64,000 nucleotides of DNA from Zancudomyces culisetae HAW-14-8 (taxonomy: Eukaryota > Fungi > Kickxellomycota): positions 124,001 to 188,000 of the forward strand of contig JBNJNM010000008.1 in assembly GCA_052426225.1 (NCBI GenBank), in the 5' to 3' direction. Under the pieces are notes generated by a model. The model was not told the DNA's origin, made no database searches, and saw nothing but the letters and a program-made list of their open reading frames with translations. Positions within the stretch are counted from its first letter, which is position 1. Every line of letters begins with the position of its first letter. This document shows, in pieces, positions 44,034 through 55,199 of the stretch. A program made the translations under genes and the position numbers.

Positions 44034-45724
44034 ATGTCAAGAGTTTATATTGGAAATCTACCTGATGATGCTAGAGAAAAAGACATTGAAAGATTCTTTA
44101 GGGGATACGGCGAAATCCGTCAAATGGATTTGAGAGCCGGCTTTGGTTTCTTGGTAAGTAGAACCTAATCTTTTTTTAGTCATTGCTTGTGTGATAGATT
44201 TGACGTCTCCTACTTTTAAGTATTGTAAATTATGCTGTGATGTGTTGCTTTTAATATTTAAATTGTGAATTACTAAATAGGAATTCAGAGAGCGACGTGA
44301 TGCCGAAGATGCCATACATGATTTGGATGGAAAGGATTTGATGGGAGCTAGGTAAACAAATTAGAGGGGGAATATAGGATTGGAGGCATTTTAAGGGCAA
44401 AATATAGTATTATGATTGTGGAAACGCAAATGAAGGGGGAAATAATTGATATTTTGATAAGTTGGCAAGGTTTTTGAAATATGGAGGATTTTTTTTCTTT
44501 TATCTTTTGAAAGGAAGTGAGAGGGCTCAATGCATTTAGGCGAGACATGAACAATGGGGTGGAACACTACAAAATATTTGGAATAGTGGACAGAGAAGAA
44601 AAAACTTCCCCCTTTAACTTTGGATTAACAAAGTCGGATGTACAATCACGTCCATTTGTGTTTGCGTTTATATTCGGATAAAAGGGATTATGCGGTTGGG
44701 CGTTTAGGCGGACTTTCTAAAGATTGATATGGAGGAATGAGTTTTGAACTTGAATTGCCTAAAAATTGGTTCGAAAAATAATAACATGGAAATTTTAAAA
44801 AAAAACTTGAGGGAAAATTTTTTTTAGAGTTTCGATTCAAAGAGCCAGGCAAGAAGGCAGACGGTTTGAAGCAGATGACAGAAGAGGTAGATATGGAAGA
44901 GATGACAGATACGAGAGACGTGGCGAGGGCAGATATGGTGGAGACCGCGACAGAAGAAGAGGAAGAAGCAGAAGCAGAAGCAGAGACCGTTTCAGAAGAC
45001 TTGATAGAGGGTAAGTACCATTGGTGTACTAACATCCGTATTATAGTGGCTAACATTTATATGCGTATTTAATTGTGAAATAGAGCTGGTAGAGGAGGTG
45101 GTCTACAAAGAACCAAATATAGAATTCTAGTTGAGAACTTGTCTTCGTCTGTCAGCTGGCAGGTAATTTTGTGGTTTTTTATTTTATTTTTTACAGTTCA
45201 CTGATACCATAAAACCGTGGAACTTTTTACAGAAACTCAATAGTCACTTTTGCTAACAATAGGATCTCAAAGATTTTATGAGAAGAGCTGGTGATGTGGT
45301 CTTTACTGATGCCCACAAGATCCGTCAAGGCGAGGGTGTCGTCGAATTTTCCGACTTGGAATCAATGGAAAACGCTCTTCGAAGACTGGATGGTGAGGAT
45401 TTGAAGGGTAGACGTATCGCTATTCGTCCGGATCGTGGTGCTGAGAGAGACAGAGAAAGAAGAGATGGTTCTCGCTCTCCACCAAACAACCGTTCTCGTA
45501 GTCCAAGACGCGAGAATGAACCTGCAAGCCCCAGAGAGAATAGACAACGATCCCCTTCTCCTGCTTCCAACCGCAATGATAATCCTGACAACACTAGCTC
45601 TTGGGGTAACAAGGATTCCTATCCACCAGCCAACAATAATGACAGCACAAATAACGCTGAGACCTTTGGCAACAACTGGGCCTCAGACGAGCCTCCAAAA
45701 AGCCCTATTCTTCGCGATGATTAG
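44034..45724 (+). CDS. SR-family splicing factor with two RRMs (Srp2/SRSF4-6-like), 5 exons
   Basis: Exons 44034-44153, 44281-44351, 44828-45010, 45084-45162, 45263-45724; MSRVYIGNL...GFGFL|EFRERRDAEDAI; diagnostic SWQ|DLKDFMR pseudo-RRM motif; RS/RD-rich segments. Confidence 0.93.
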
Positions 45725-46004
45725 CTTTTCTACTCTGCGTACAAAACACGCTTTTTTTTTTTGCTATTTTATACACTACCCATGTTTATTTTTTTCACGC
45801 TTTCTAAGAATTATCTCTATAATTCAGTATGTTATGAACACACAAACACTATCTTGGGTATATACACTTAAAAGTAGTAACCAAAATAGTTGACTTTTTT
45901 TGTTCCTCCTTTATATATCTTTTTTTAATGTCTATAAACCGATCTTTTTGTACTCACCAACTTTTTTTTTTTTTTGCTGAATGGATTTGGTTTTTCGGTG
46001 CTAA

Positions 46005-46015
46005 TGAAAAATTTT
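46005..46015 (+). promoter_or_regulatory. RRPE-like motif TGAAAAATTTT upstream of a ribosome-biogenesis gene
   Basis: Exact yeast RRPE core about 125-135 nt upstream of the ATG at 46140; could be chance in AT-rich DNA. Confidence 0.35.
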
Positions 46016-46139
46016 TTATTTTTGGTTGCATAAGCTCTACATTCGGTTTTTTAGTATTTCAAGAAACCAAAAGTAGGATAAAAACCCCATTTACATATTT
46101 CAAAATCACTATTTCTAATAATAACCAGAGTGCAACGAA

Positions 46140-47331
46140 ATGGGAAAGAAAAAAACAAAGGCAAGAGCCAAAACAGATAGTATTAATCCATCAACCAAAG
46201 CCAGCAATGTTCTTGAACTTAGCCAACACAGCGACAACGGTTCGGTTTTAGTCGTCGATGCCACCAATCTATCTACTAGCAAACCCAATTCGTCCAGCAC
46301 GGTTAATAAATACGAAAAAAAGTCATTTATGGTAAGCTACATTCATACTCTTTTAAATTATCTTTTAGGCACTGTGGCGGAAATATTTCTTTTTTTTTTC
46401 TATGCTTTTTGAACTTGAGATTGTGGTGATGTTGTGATGTTTTGGGTCTTGTGTAAGCCTATTAAAAACAACTTTCCATATTTCTAGCTGTTCATTTATG
46501 TTTATTTTGTATTTCAATAGTCTCATAAAATAGCCAAGGTCACTGGGGATTTCGATGCTGGAAGTAGCAAAAAATCTAATAAAAAGGAAGAGTAAGTACC
46601 ATTCAATGGAATTAATCATTCATTTTCTCTTTACACATATCCATGTGTTGTATCAAGAATGCTCACTATTTTTTTTTGGCGAACTCCTTCCAAAAAAAAA
46701 TGCTTTCAATAATACAACACGCAAATAATAATAGTGATGTGGATGAACAGAACGATAAAGAGTTGTTTAAGTTGATTAACGATACAAATTTGATTGAATC
46801 ACTAAGTAAGTTTCTACTCTTCTCCTTGTTCAATTGGACTTTTAAGTCGTATCAAGCCCTTATTAACATTGCCATCGCTTTAAACCCTGATTTAGATGTA
46901 AATAACATGTCAGGCAAAGAACGGCTGAAGCTACAACAAAGAAAACTGGCTAGTCTAGGTCTCATCGTAAGCTACTTTTACACTCTACCATTTCTGTAAT
47001 AATTTAGTTATAGAAATAAGAACACTGTTGATATCATTCAATTTTAACTGTATAGGGATCCGATCCAACACCCAAAGCCCCCACAAATATATACTTTGGC
47101 ATGCAAAACAAACGCATCAAACGAGCAAAAGCCGAAGTTACCGATTTTCAAAACCGTGGAATCTTTTCAAAATCTGTAAAGTCCCAAATCTATGAAAAAC
47201 ATCATGTTTCAAAATCTCTTGGTGCCAACAAAAACTCTCGTGTTAATAGATTAAATCCAAATAGAGGTCTAAAAGCCTCTGTTGGTAAATTCAAAAATGG
47301 AATCCTCTATGTAGATGTAAAAAAATCCTAA
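46140..47331 (+). CDS. Faf1/C1orf131 (DUF4602)-like 40S biogenesis factor, multi-exon
   Basis: Exonic pieces NDKELFKLI, SGKERLK, PKAPTNIYFGMQNKR and C-terminal RGLKASVGKFKNGILYV; GTAAG donors; exact exon joins not all resolved. Confidence 0.7.
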
Positions 47332-47474
47332 TTTATTCCTGTGCTATTCAGCAGTGTTTATACTTTATGTATCTTTTTGTTGTAGACAACTTTTTCTCTT
47401 TTAATAAAGAAGCCCCTTCCCCACTCACTCAATGAGGAAACCCTGCTTTCCATCACAACTTTAAACTAAGGGTA

Positions 47475-48298
47475 TTAGCTGCATTTCTGTAGCTCTTGTC
47501 TCACTCTTTCTAGTTCCAATTCCAGCTTTTTCAACTCTTGTCGTTTTTCAATTACTATATGTATATGTATATGTGTTTGTGTTTGTGTTTGTCAGAATTT
47601 AGATTCCGTAGCCTTGGTTCTTTACAAGATTATTAGAAACAAGAAAAAAAAAAGCCTCATAAATGTTTTGAAAAATAAATGAATAGGGAGGTAATACTTT
47701 TGCAAACTTACATAGCGATTTCTACAATTATCAGAATATATGGACAATTACGATTTTGGTATTTGAATATTTGAGCATCTATGGGACAGAATGTTTCAAA
47801 ATAAAAAGAAACTAGCTATTATGCACTTACCGAATTTGTCCTGGGTAATTCTACTGATTCATACTCGCTAACTTCCATCTCGTATAGCTTTCTGTTTTCC
47901 TCTTTCCGCTTGTGTATCTCCTCCCGTGATAGTTTCCCAAAAGTGTTTATAATAAATCCATTTTTTCGTTTAATCTCTGGTCCATTTTTCTTACTATTAA
48001 TCTCTCCTATGATATATGGATCTATGTGCAAACCACTAAATTCTGCTGTCGACTGCTGCCCCAGCATCCTTTGGGTCTGTAGATTCATTTGTGCTATGGT
48101 TTTTCCAGGAAGGCATTCGGATTCGATGATTTTTGTCCAATTCCCAATCCCAAACTTCATTAAGGCCAAACGCAAAACCTCCACTTCGTCTTGAGTCCAA
48201 CCAGGCGATAAAGTACAGTTCCAAAGTGAAGCGCTGTCATTGCTTCTAACTACATTTCTTGCCCCTGTCGGCATACTTTTTGGCTTAAAATTCTCCAT
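47475..48298 (-). CDS. Myb/HTH protein homologous to the p1 subunit of the MTA1c DNA N6-adenine methyltransferase complex (exons 48298-47831, 47721-47712, 47554-47475)
   Basis: LWNCTLSPGWTQDEVEVLRLALMKFGIGNWTKI...LPGKTIAQMNLQTQRMLGQQSTAEFSGLHID matches my recollection of ciliate/early-fungal p1; proposed splicing adds a coiled-coil tail KSL|LIEKRQELKKLELELERVRQELQKCS*. Confidence 0.82.
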
Positions 48299-48723
48299 GT
48301 TATATTTTCCTATTGTTCTTCTTATTGTACACTAAGGAGTTTTTATTGAGATATCAAAACGTTTAACAAAAAAACCATATATAGCCAAAGCTTAATCAAA
48401 TGATTTTACGTTTATGAAAAGTTATTTCATTACTTTCCATTAAATAGCTTAAACTAATGAAAAAAACATACAAACCAAATCAGTATTTGCATCTATGTTT
48501 CAAACCATTTTAATAAGCTGCCCATTGGTACCCTTTATTTACATTTATTCACAGTTTGGGCTTGAAATCGAAAATATATCAAAATGAAAAATAAAATAAA
48601 AAAATATCTCTAGTTTTACAATATCTGGACTTTTTTAATCCTCGAGTACATATATAATATAGTAGTGTGGCGGTAGTAGCAGTAGTGGTTCTAATCTCCT
48701 TTTTTTTTACAAAAAAGAAACGT

Positions 48724-51213
48724 TTATCGAGAATAAGTGCCTGTGATAATGGGTATTATCCTCATCTCGATATCCGAGAGTACTTTGTTGGCTGATTTGA
48801 TTCCCATTTTATGGCAACCATCAACAACGTCGATACACCCATAAATGTTTCGACAAGCCAATTCCTTCAACATTAATTCATACGGAGTATTTGGTGTATA
48901 CTTTATACTACCGAGGTCAAACGGCGGTAGAATACTATCTTGTGTATTTTTGGTTATTTTACACCGTTGGATAAGTTGGTACAGCTCAATATCAACCTCC
49001 AACCCGCTCTCTTTGATTCGTTCAATTAGAGTCCCAAGTGCGCGGTTAGCACTTCTTTTGTGATACTCTCTTTCAAGAAAATCCAAGTACAATGCTGAAT
49101 CTCTAGCAATACCCTTGCGCTTCGCTAAGGCATTTATACGTGCTCGCAAATCATTTTGCTTATTCCTGTCTGGATTTTTTTCCCGCCATAGTTTCATACC
49201 ACTTTTTGGTTTTTGATCTCGATTTTCAACTTTTGCCAGCCCAACGTTGTTGATTTTTTCACCAACGTTGAGGTTGCATTTAAGCTTTTTCGAGGACATC
49301 AGTGTAATTGAGCCAACATTCTCCCGTTTCCTTTTTTTAGCGGTGATAATGGGCTCAATATCATTTACGCTGGCATTGCCAAGAACAGTGGTATTCTCAT
49401 CGGATTTCAACCAAGAACACTCAATACTGATATTGGTAGTGTTTTTGTCGGTCTCGGTAATGGCATTATTTACATCACCAACCTCGATCGACGTTTTTTT
49501 AGACATCGGGGTACCCCGAGCCAAGAACATAGCATGTTCAAATGCGGTATAGGTACTTTTGCTTCTAGAGAGGAATTCCTTTGCAGAGCCTGTTATAAAT
49601 TTATCAATATCCAAAGAAATCGTTTTTTCCGGTTTATTTGATTTATTCACATTGTCTGTATAGCGAGTATTTAAACCAGCACCATTACATTGATTAACAT
49701 GACTCTCAAAATATGTATCATCAGAATTAGTCTCCCAGCCTTCACATGCAGACGTAGTATCATTGTATTTGATATTATCAGCACATCGGCTACTCGTTTC
49801 TATAGAATATTCGGGATGACTACGTTCTTCAAAGCTACTATCCACCAACTCGATTTTACCACTACTACTATTACCGTTGCTACCATCGCTACAATCGCTA
49901 CCAATAATATTGCTATTGTCATTGTGATTATCATTGGTAACATTATTACTACTAGTGCTACCATTGCACTCGTTATAAGAGCCAAGCCAGACTACATCGT
50001 CGGTATTTTTATGAATTTCTGTTTCCAACCCCAACAAAGTATAAACTTGATTGCAATTATCGATATTCAGCCCCTCGTTTGTATCTTTTAAACTAAAAGC
50101 AGAGTTTAAATTCTTTTTGAACTGCTTTTCAAAGTTTCCAGTGTACGAACCATTAACAAGCGTATTAGGTGCATCCCCACCGATATCAAAAAACACATTG
50201 TGTAATTCTATCACATCTGGATTTAATGGCTGTTCAAGATTGTGGCTTTTACCAGGCTGTTTCTGATTATTTTGACTTAACAGATGAGCAATGTATTCAA
50301 GTTGATCATCACTATTAGGGTTGGACTGCAGGTCTATCTGATTTTTCTCAAAGCTTTTGGTGCCTTGAGGATCAATTTTAACTTCATTACTACATATAGT
50401 ACCACAACCGGCTTTACTAGACTCAGGTAACTTCGAGTCTTTGTGGTGTTTATTTTCAGGGATGTTTTGTAAGCTCTTTGTCGAAAATTGAGTTTTCAGT
50501 GTGTATTTATTCAACAAGTATGATTGAATTTCTGTTATGAGTTCATCATCATAAATATGATCTTTGAGCTCTGTAGTTTGAAAAAATGGTATTATTTTGT
50601 TTACCAATTTTTTTACTCTACTTTCCAATTTTTCGTCCACTTCATGTCCTACATTTTCGCCTTTTGGGGTGTGGTTTTCTTTTAAACAGTCCAATTCCAA
50701 AGTATTACCCGCAAAACCGGAATAATTGTTTTTTATTTTCTGACTATTATCTGGGACTAGACCATTGTTACTGCCTTTATCTAAATAATCTGTACTATTA
50801 TTCACATATTGATTGCCTCCATTGTATACTTGGTGCATTGGATAAACGTGGTATCCTGTGTTCAAGCTAATCGCACGGTTAGCCATTATAGTAGCCTCAC
50901 TGGAGAATATCGTTGTTACAGGATGACTTTGGGGAAATGAACCGACAAAATATTGACCATTCTGCATTTTATCAATACCCATATTGTTAATTTGAGGAAA
51001 AACAGGATAATATATGTTGTTGACACTGTTTTGGTGTGCATATACTGGCATGTATGTCGAGGACATGGTATAATCATCATAAGGATAGACACCGATGTTG
51101 TCATGTGGAATAAAACCCTCCAGATTGCTAAAACGCTGAGGTGATTGAGCCGGATTGCGGATGTGGGCACGATTTTTTCGGTTATCATCATAAATAAAAC
51201 GGGTGTTCACCAT
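48724..51213 (-). CDS. Low-complexity protein with DUF3020-like basic domain (putative transcriptional regulator)
   Basis: 829-aa intronless ORF; KKRKR NLS-like motif; KLWREKNPDRNKQNDLRARIN...EREYHKR resembles the DUF3020 consensus WRE.N.ERNKDNDLR.RVN. Confidence 0.65.
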   Translation of the reverse strand: MVNTRFIYDDNRKNRAHIRNPAQSPQRFSNLEGFIPHDNIGVYPYDDYTMSSTYMPVYAHQNSVNNIYYPVFPQINNMGIDKMQNGQYFVGSFPQSHPVTTIFSSEATIMANRAISLNTGYHVYPMHQVYNGGNQYVNNSTDYLDKGSNNGLVPDNSQKIKNNYSGFAGNTLELDCLKENHTPKGENVGHEVDEKLESRVKKLVNKIIPFFQTTELKDHIYDDELITEIQSYLLNKYTLKTQFSTKSLQNIPENKHHKDSKLPESSKAGCGTICSNEVKIDPQGTKSFEKNQIDLQSNPNSDDQLEYIAHLLSQNNQKQPGKSHNLEQPLNPDVIELHNVFFDIGGDAPNTLVNGSYTGNFEKQFKKNLNSAFSLKDTNEGLNIDNCNQVYTLLGLETEIHKNTDDVVWLGSYNECNGSTSSNNVTNDNHNDNSNIIGSDCSDGSNGNSSSGKIELVDSSFEERSHPEYSIETSSRCADNIKYNDTTSACEGWETNSDDTYFESHVNQCNGAGLNTRYTDNVNKSNKPEKTISLDIDKFITGSAKEFLSRSKSTYTAFEHAMFLARGTPMSKKTSIEVGDVNNAITETDKNTTNISIECSWLKSDENTTVLGNASVNDIEPIITAKKRKRENVGSITLMSSKKLKCNLNVGEKINNVGLAKVENRDQKPKSGMKLWREKNPDRNKQNDLRARINALAKRKGIARDSALYLDFLEREYHKRSANRALGTLIERIKESGLEVDIELYQLIQRCKITKNTQDSILPPFDLGSIKYTPNTPYELMLKELACRNIYGCIDVVDGCHKMGIKSANKVLSDIEMRIIPIITGTYSR

Positions 51214-52102
51214 TTTTTTTTCTCCAATTGTTGTTTGCTTTGTACAGACGTATTTTTATAGCTTTGAATATATATAATCAAATTATATATTAACAGAATG
51301 GTGTTTTGGAATTAAAATGAGGATTTAGAGGGTAATTCAGATTCTTGTGGTTTTATACTTTCTCACAATCCCGTTTGGGTATCTACTCGCTTTTTTCAAC
51401 TGCAAAATAGCTGTTAAATTAGTATATGTATACACTGACTTCAAAGGATCTCAGTTTTTCTTGGAGTAGGAACAGCATGTAGTCCTACTCATTTCAAATT
51501 ACTCTTCGCTTTAAAAATAAATATATTAGGATTTGGGAAAATACGAGGAGTGCAAAAACGTTGTTATGCCCTTTCTTTATACACAACAAGCTTACTATGC
51601 AGGCTTTGGGTTTGCTTTTTCTACCCCAATTGGCCATTTTCCAATACACTCATCACACTCGTCACACTCGTCATCCTCCATCATCCTTATAATTTTCAGA
51701 ATTTATTCCCATTCTCGTTGCTCTAAATTTTTTTTCGCAGTTAAAATTAGCTCAGGTCCAACTCCAAATTTTGCTTTTCACCACTTTTCCCGTAAAAAAA
51801 ACCTCACTGTATACAGAGATTTGGGTACTAGCCGAATATTTGGGCAGAAAGTAGCTGAATTCAACAATATTGTATAGCCGTCCTATGTGCATACCTTTTT
51901 ATGCCTTTAAAATTTATTTATTAATTGAATGCAACACATTGAGCAAAGTCGATTTAATTGTCTCCAATGAACATATGCAACAACTAACTAAGCATACTAC
52001 CAAAACTTTTCTAAAGCTGAATATCAAGGCAAACACATTTTCTTGTGCATCTCATACATGGCAAAGGTTTTGAATTAGAGGTCATCTACTTTTTGACCAC
52101 CA

Positions 52103-52687
52103 TCACTTTCTGTCAAGGTATGCGGGGATAGCGAAGAGTGGTTTGTAAACCGAAAAAGTACAACCAAAAATTGCTGGGGAGCTACCTTTTTGTCCAGGCT
52201 TTATATCAACGATGGTGGCCGTTATATGACAAGTTGATTCGCTAGCACACACGCTGTACTCAATATATGGTTTCATTATGTCTCTTCCGTGTGAATAACT
52301 AACTACTGCCTCTGTAAAAAACGGATAGTTACAACCAGGTTTTTCTGGTTGGGGCGTCTGCCCAAACTCAGTGACATTCATCCACGATCTGGCTTCTATT
52401 GACTCTTGATTTCTGACAATACAACACATCCTTAAAATATATTCGTTTGGTTCTGCATTTGTGTGCTCGTACGCGCCATAAAAAGGTGTTTTTACATATG
52501 CGAGAATATGTTCAACCTCTCTGAGCACCCCAAGTTCATTGACTATTCCTTCAAAATAAAATAAACTTTTGTAGTCGCTACATCCATTTTCTGCGTTTAC
52601 TTCAGTTCTGGTGATTCTTTGAAGATAAGAAAGCGTTTGCGGTGCCGTAAAAAAAAGAAGTAGGATTGATATATAAATAGACTTCAT
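52103..52687 (-). CDS. Small secreted Cys-containing protein, paralogue A (unknown family)
   Basis: 194 aa; signal-peptide-like MKSIYISILLLFFTAPQTLS; aligns along its length with 53642-54217. Confidence 0.75.
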   Translation of the reverse strand: MKSIYISILLLFFTAPQTLSYLQRITRTEVNAENGCSDYKSLFYFEGIVNELGVLREVEHILAYVKTPFYGAYEHTNAEPNEYILRMCCIVRNQESIEARSWMNVTEFGQTPQPEKPGCNYPFFTEAVVSYSHGRDIMKPYIEYSVCASESTCHITATIVDIKPGQKGSSPAIFGCTFSVYKPLFAIPAYLDRK

Positions 52688-53641
52688 TTTCAGTATGTTT
52701 AGTTTGTTTTTTCTTAATAAAATTGATGAGAATACTATAAAATAGAACTATGGCGGTTCAAAAGTTACAAAAGCTGTACATACAGAGAATAACTTATATT
52801 TATTTCGTTTTATCCCATACATCATTAAAAGTGTCTAGTCCTATGCTTAAACTAAATTGAGAAGGCGTTCATTAAAATTCAGGATCTTACTTTTAATATA
52901 TACAGTCTGATTCTCGCAAGTTTCGCTGGGAATGACTATATTTGGGAAATAACAGAGTGTATTACTAAAGATTCGTTCTGATAACATGTAATTTAGGAAA
53001 AAATACCACCTTTAGCATTTAGCACATTGATAGATGGCTGAGTGGTGTGTTGGATATTATTTTTTCCTGCCAAGGGGCTCATTTAACAAATTCTTGCAGG
53101 TTCAAGCACGAAATATATTGATTGTATCCGTTTTTAGCTAACTTATACAGTTAATCTGTAGTATTTAGATAAACAGGATATATTACTATAAAAGTATGCA
53201 TTTCTCGTGACTATTTAACTATATTAACTTACAACTTTATATTATATGATGGATAACAGAGATCATAAACCTAGGTATTCATATCAAACCTCCTTAATAA
53301 CATCACTAGACGGCACGATACCTCTTTCACACTAACTTTCACAAGTTTAGCTAAAACACTCACCAAACGGGGTATAACCTGATAAATCAAAATGCAATAA
53401 CCCTCGATAAATAGGTTAAAAAAAATTACAAATGCGACACAAGTTGTATAGAACGTAATATTAATTTATTAGCGAGCTTTGAATAAAGGATAAAATGGAG
53501 CAAGTAAATTAACCCAGCGGGAAAAAAAACACTAACAAAACATAACTATGGGGTTCGTGTTCAAATACGCCCTAGGTTACACCCAAAACCACCCCTTACC
53601 CAGGTTCACTAAATAAGCACACTAAAATGTCTTTATAGTAC

Positions 53642-54217
53642 TCAAGCAAATGAGGAGTCAAGAGAGAAGTGAGGCATAAATAACAAAAATTTACAGTTGT
53701 TTTTAATGGGCATACTCCTAGTTTTACCAAAGTCCAGACTAATAGTTTTGGCCTCAAGTAAGCATCCATTTTTGGTTTCACAGACACTGTACTCAACAAG
53801 ATGTTCTATCGGACCCTTTAGAGCTGAAGGAGCAACTGTTTCAACCTCGTAAAATAAATATGTACACCCACTCTTGGGTAGAGGGTGAACGTCTCTTCCA
53901 GAAATTGAATATAAGTGTTGAGCGCGAATTGTAACTTCACCTGAATTAAAAACACACATCTCTGATAATATATAATTTGCTGAAAACTCTATATTGTTAC
54001 TAAATTGATTGGAGTATGCCACCTTTTGATAAGCCAGAATATCCCGAAAACTACTAAAGACTCCCAAGCCATCAATAACATTGCTAATATAGCTCAGCTC
54101 CTCATACTTTTTACAGCTATCTACCTTATCTTCATTGCGAACAAGCTGAGCATAATAGCCTAGGGTGTATACCGCCATATATATCACCATGATGAGTAGC
54201 TTTTTTTTGTTCATCAT
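53642..54217 (-). CDS. Small secreted Cys-containing protein, paralogue B (unknown family)
   Basis: 191 aa; signal-peptide-like MMNKKKLLIMVIYMAVYTLG; shares LGV, ILAY.K, YIL, GC.Y.F, EYSVC and six Cys with paralogue A. Confidence 0.75.
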   Translation of the reverse strand: MMNKKKLLIMVIYMAVYTLGYYAQLVRNEDKVDSCKKYEELSYISNVIDGLGVFSSFRDILAYQKVAYSNQFSNNIEFSANYILSEMCVFNSGEVTIRAQHLYSISGRDVHPLPKSGCTYLFYEVETVAPSALKGPIEHLVEYSVCETKNGCLLEAKTISLDFGKTRSMPIKNNCKFLLFMPHFSLDSSFA

Positions 54218-54243
54218 ATTATGTCTTTGTTATCGTCAAAGTA

Positions 54244-54284
54244 TTGTGATAGAATTTCGGTTGTGATAGAATTTCGGTTGTGAT
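54244..54284 (+). repeat. 17-bp direct repeat (TTGTGATAGAATTTCGG)x2.4
   Basis: Copies at 54244-54260 and 54261-54277, plus partial TTGTGAT; 27 nt upstream of the paralogue B start. Confidence 0.9.
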
Positions 54285-55199
54285 TTTGGTTTAAGTACAA
54301 ACCAGTACAAGCTGCTCTTCATACAATAGTTAAATACCACTTGGAAATAGTAAAATAGATGCTTCAAAACTAATAAGTATATCTATCTGTGCTTGTGTTT
54401 ATATATATTTATATGCAGTAAATATATAGTTGATCAACCCTAACACTCTTCGAAAAGACTTATAACATCCTAAAGCAATTCTCAAACAATATTTATCCTG
54501 ATATAAATACATATGGCAAACGAAGTATTACAAGTTAGACTCGTTTTTCAGAATAACTATAAAACATTGCTGAAAGGAGTTGTGATTTGTTACAACATAA
54601 TTAATGTGCTTTTAATATTTCTATTTTTGATTCACACTTGATGGTTCTACGGAATACAGAGAGAAATATTAAAATATGACTATATAACGAGATTAACTGG
54701 TAGTATAACACCACAGGGCTTTGTACATTAGTAAATAATATAATTAATCTTAATTTAGAAACTGTGGTTGAGTTGAACAAATGGCTGAAAGTGGAATACT
54801 TTAGTAAACACCAACTAGGCATATTTATACAGATACAAGTTAAAACTAAGCATGAGTGTAAACAAGAGCAAATACAAAGTTGAGCACAAATGGATATTGT
54901 TTATACTTGTCAACCCTGTTATATTATATCTCCATATTGAAAATATTTATAATCTCACCTTTTCTTTGTCTTACCACTGATTTGCTTGGTCCAATCGCTT
55001 GTATTGAGTAAAGGTAGCTATTGGTAAGAAAGTGCTAGTACTAGCATTACAACAGTCAAAACCGGATCCAGATATACCTTAATATCACACTAAGCTCCAG
55101 ACCATAAAACTCTACAATCTGAAATTTTTAGTTCACGATATATCTCCCCTTGTTGTACAATAATATGACTATATTTTAATCTTTTGAACGCAGAAAATT

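Noticed and set aside
51645-51670. 9-bp-period CACACTCNT repeat resembling the one encoding CEECEEC at 2819-2841
   Set aside because: Too short and low-complexity to imply common origin.
53550-53575. B-box-like GTTCAAAT here and at ~58683
   Set aside because: No cloverleaf or A-box context; not tRNA genes.
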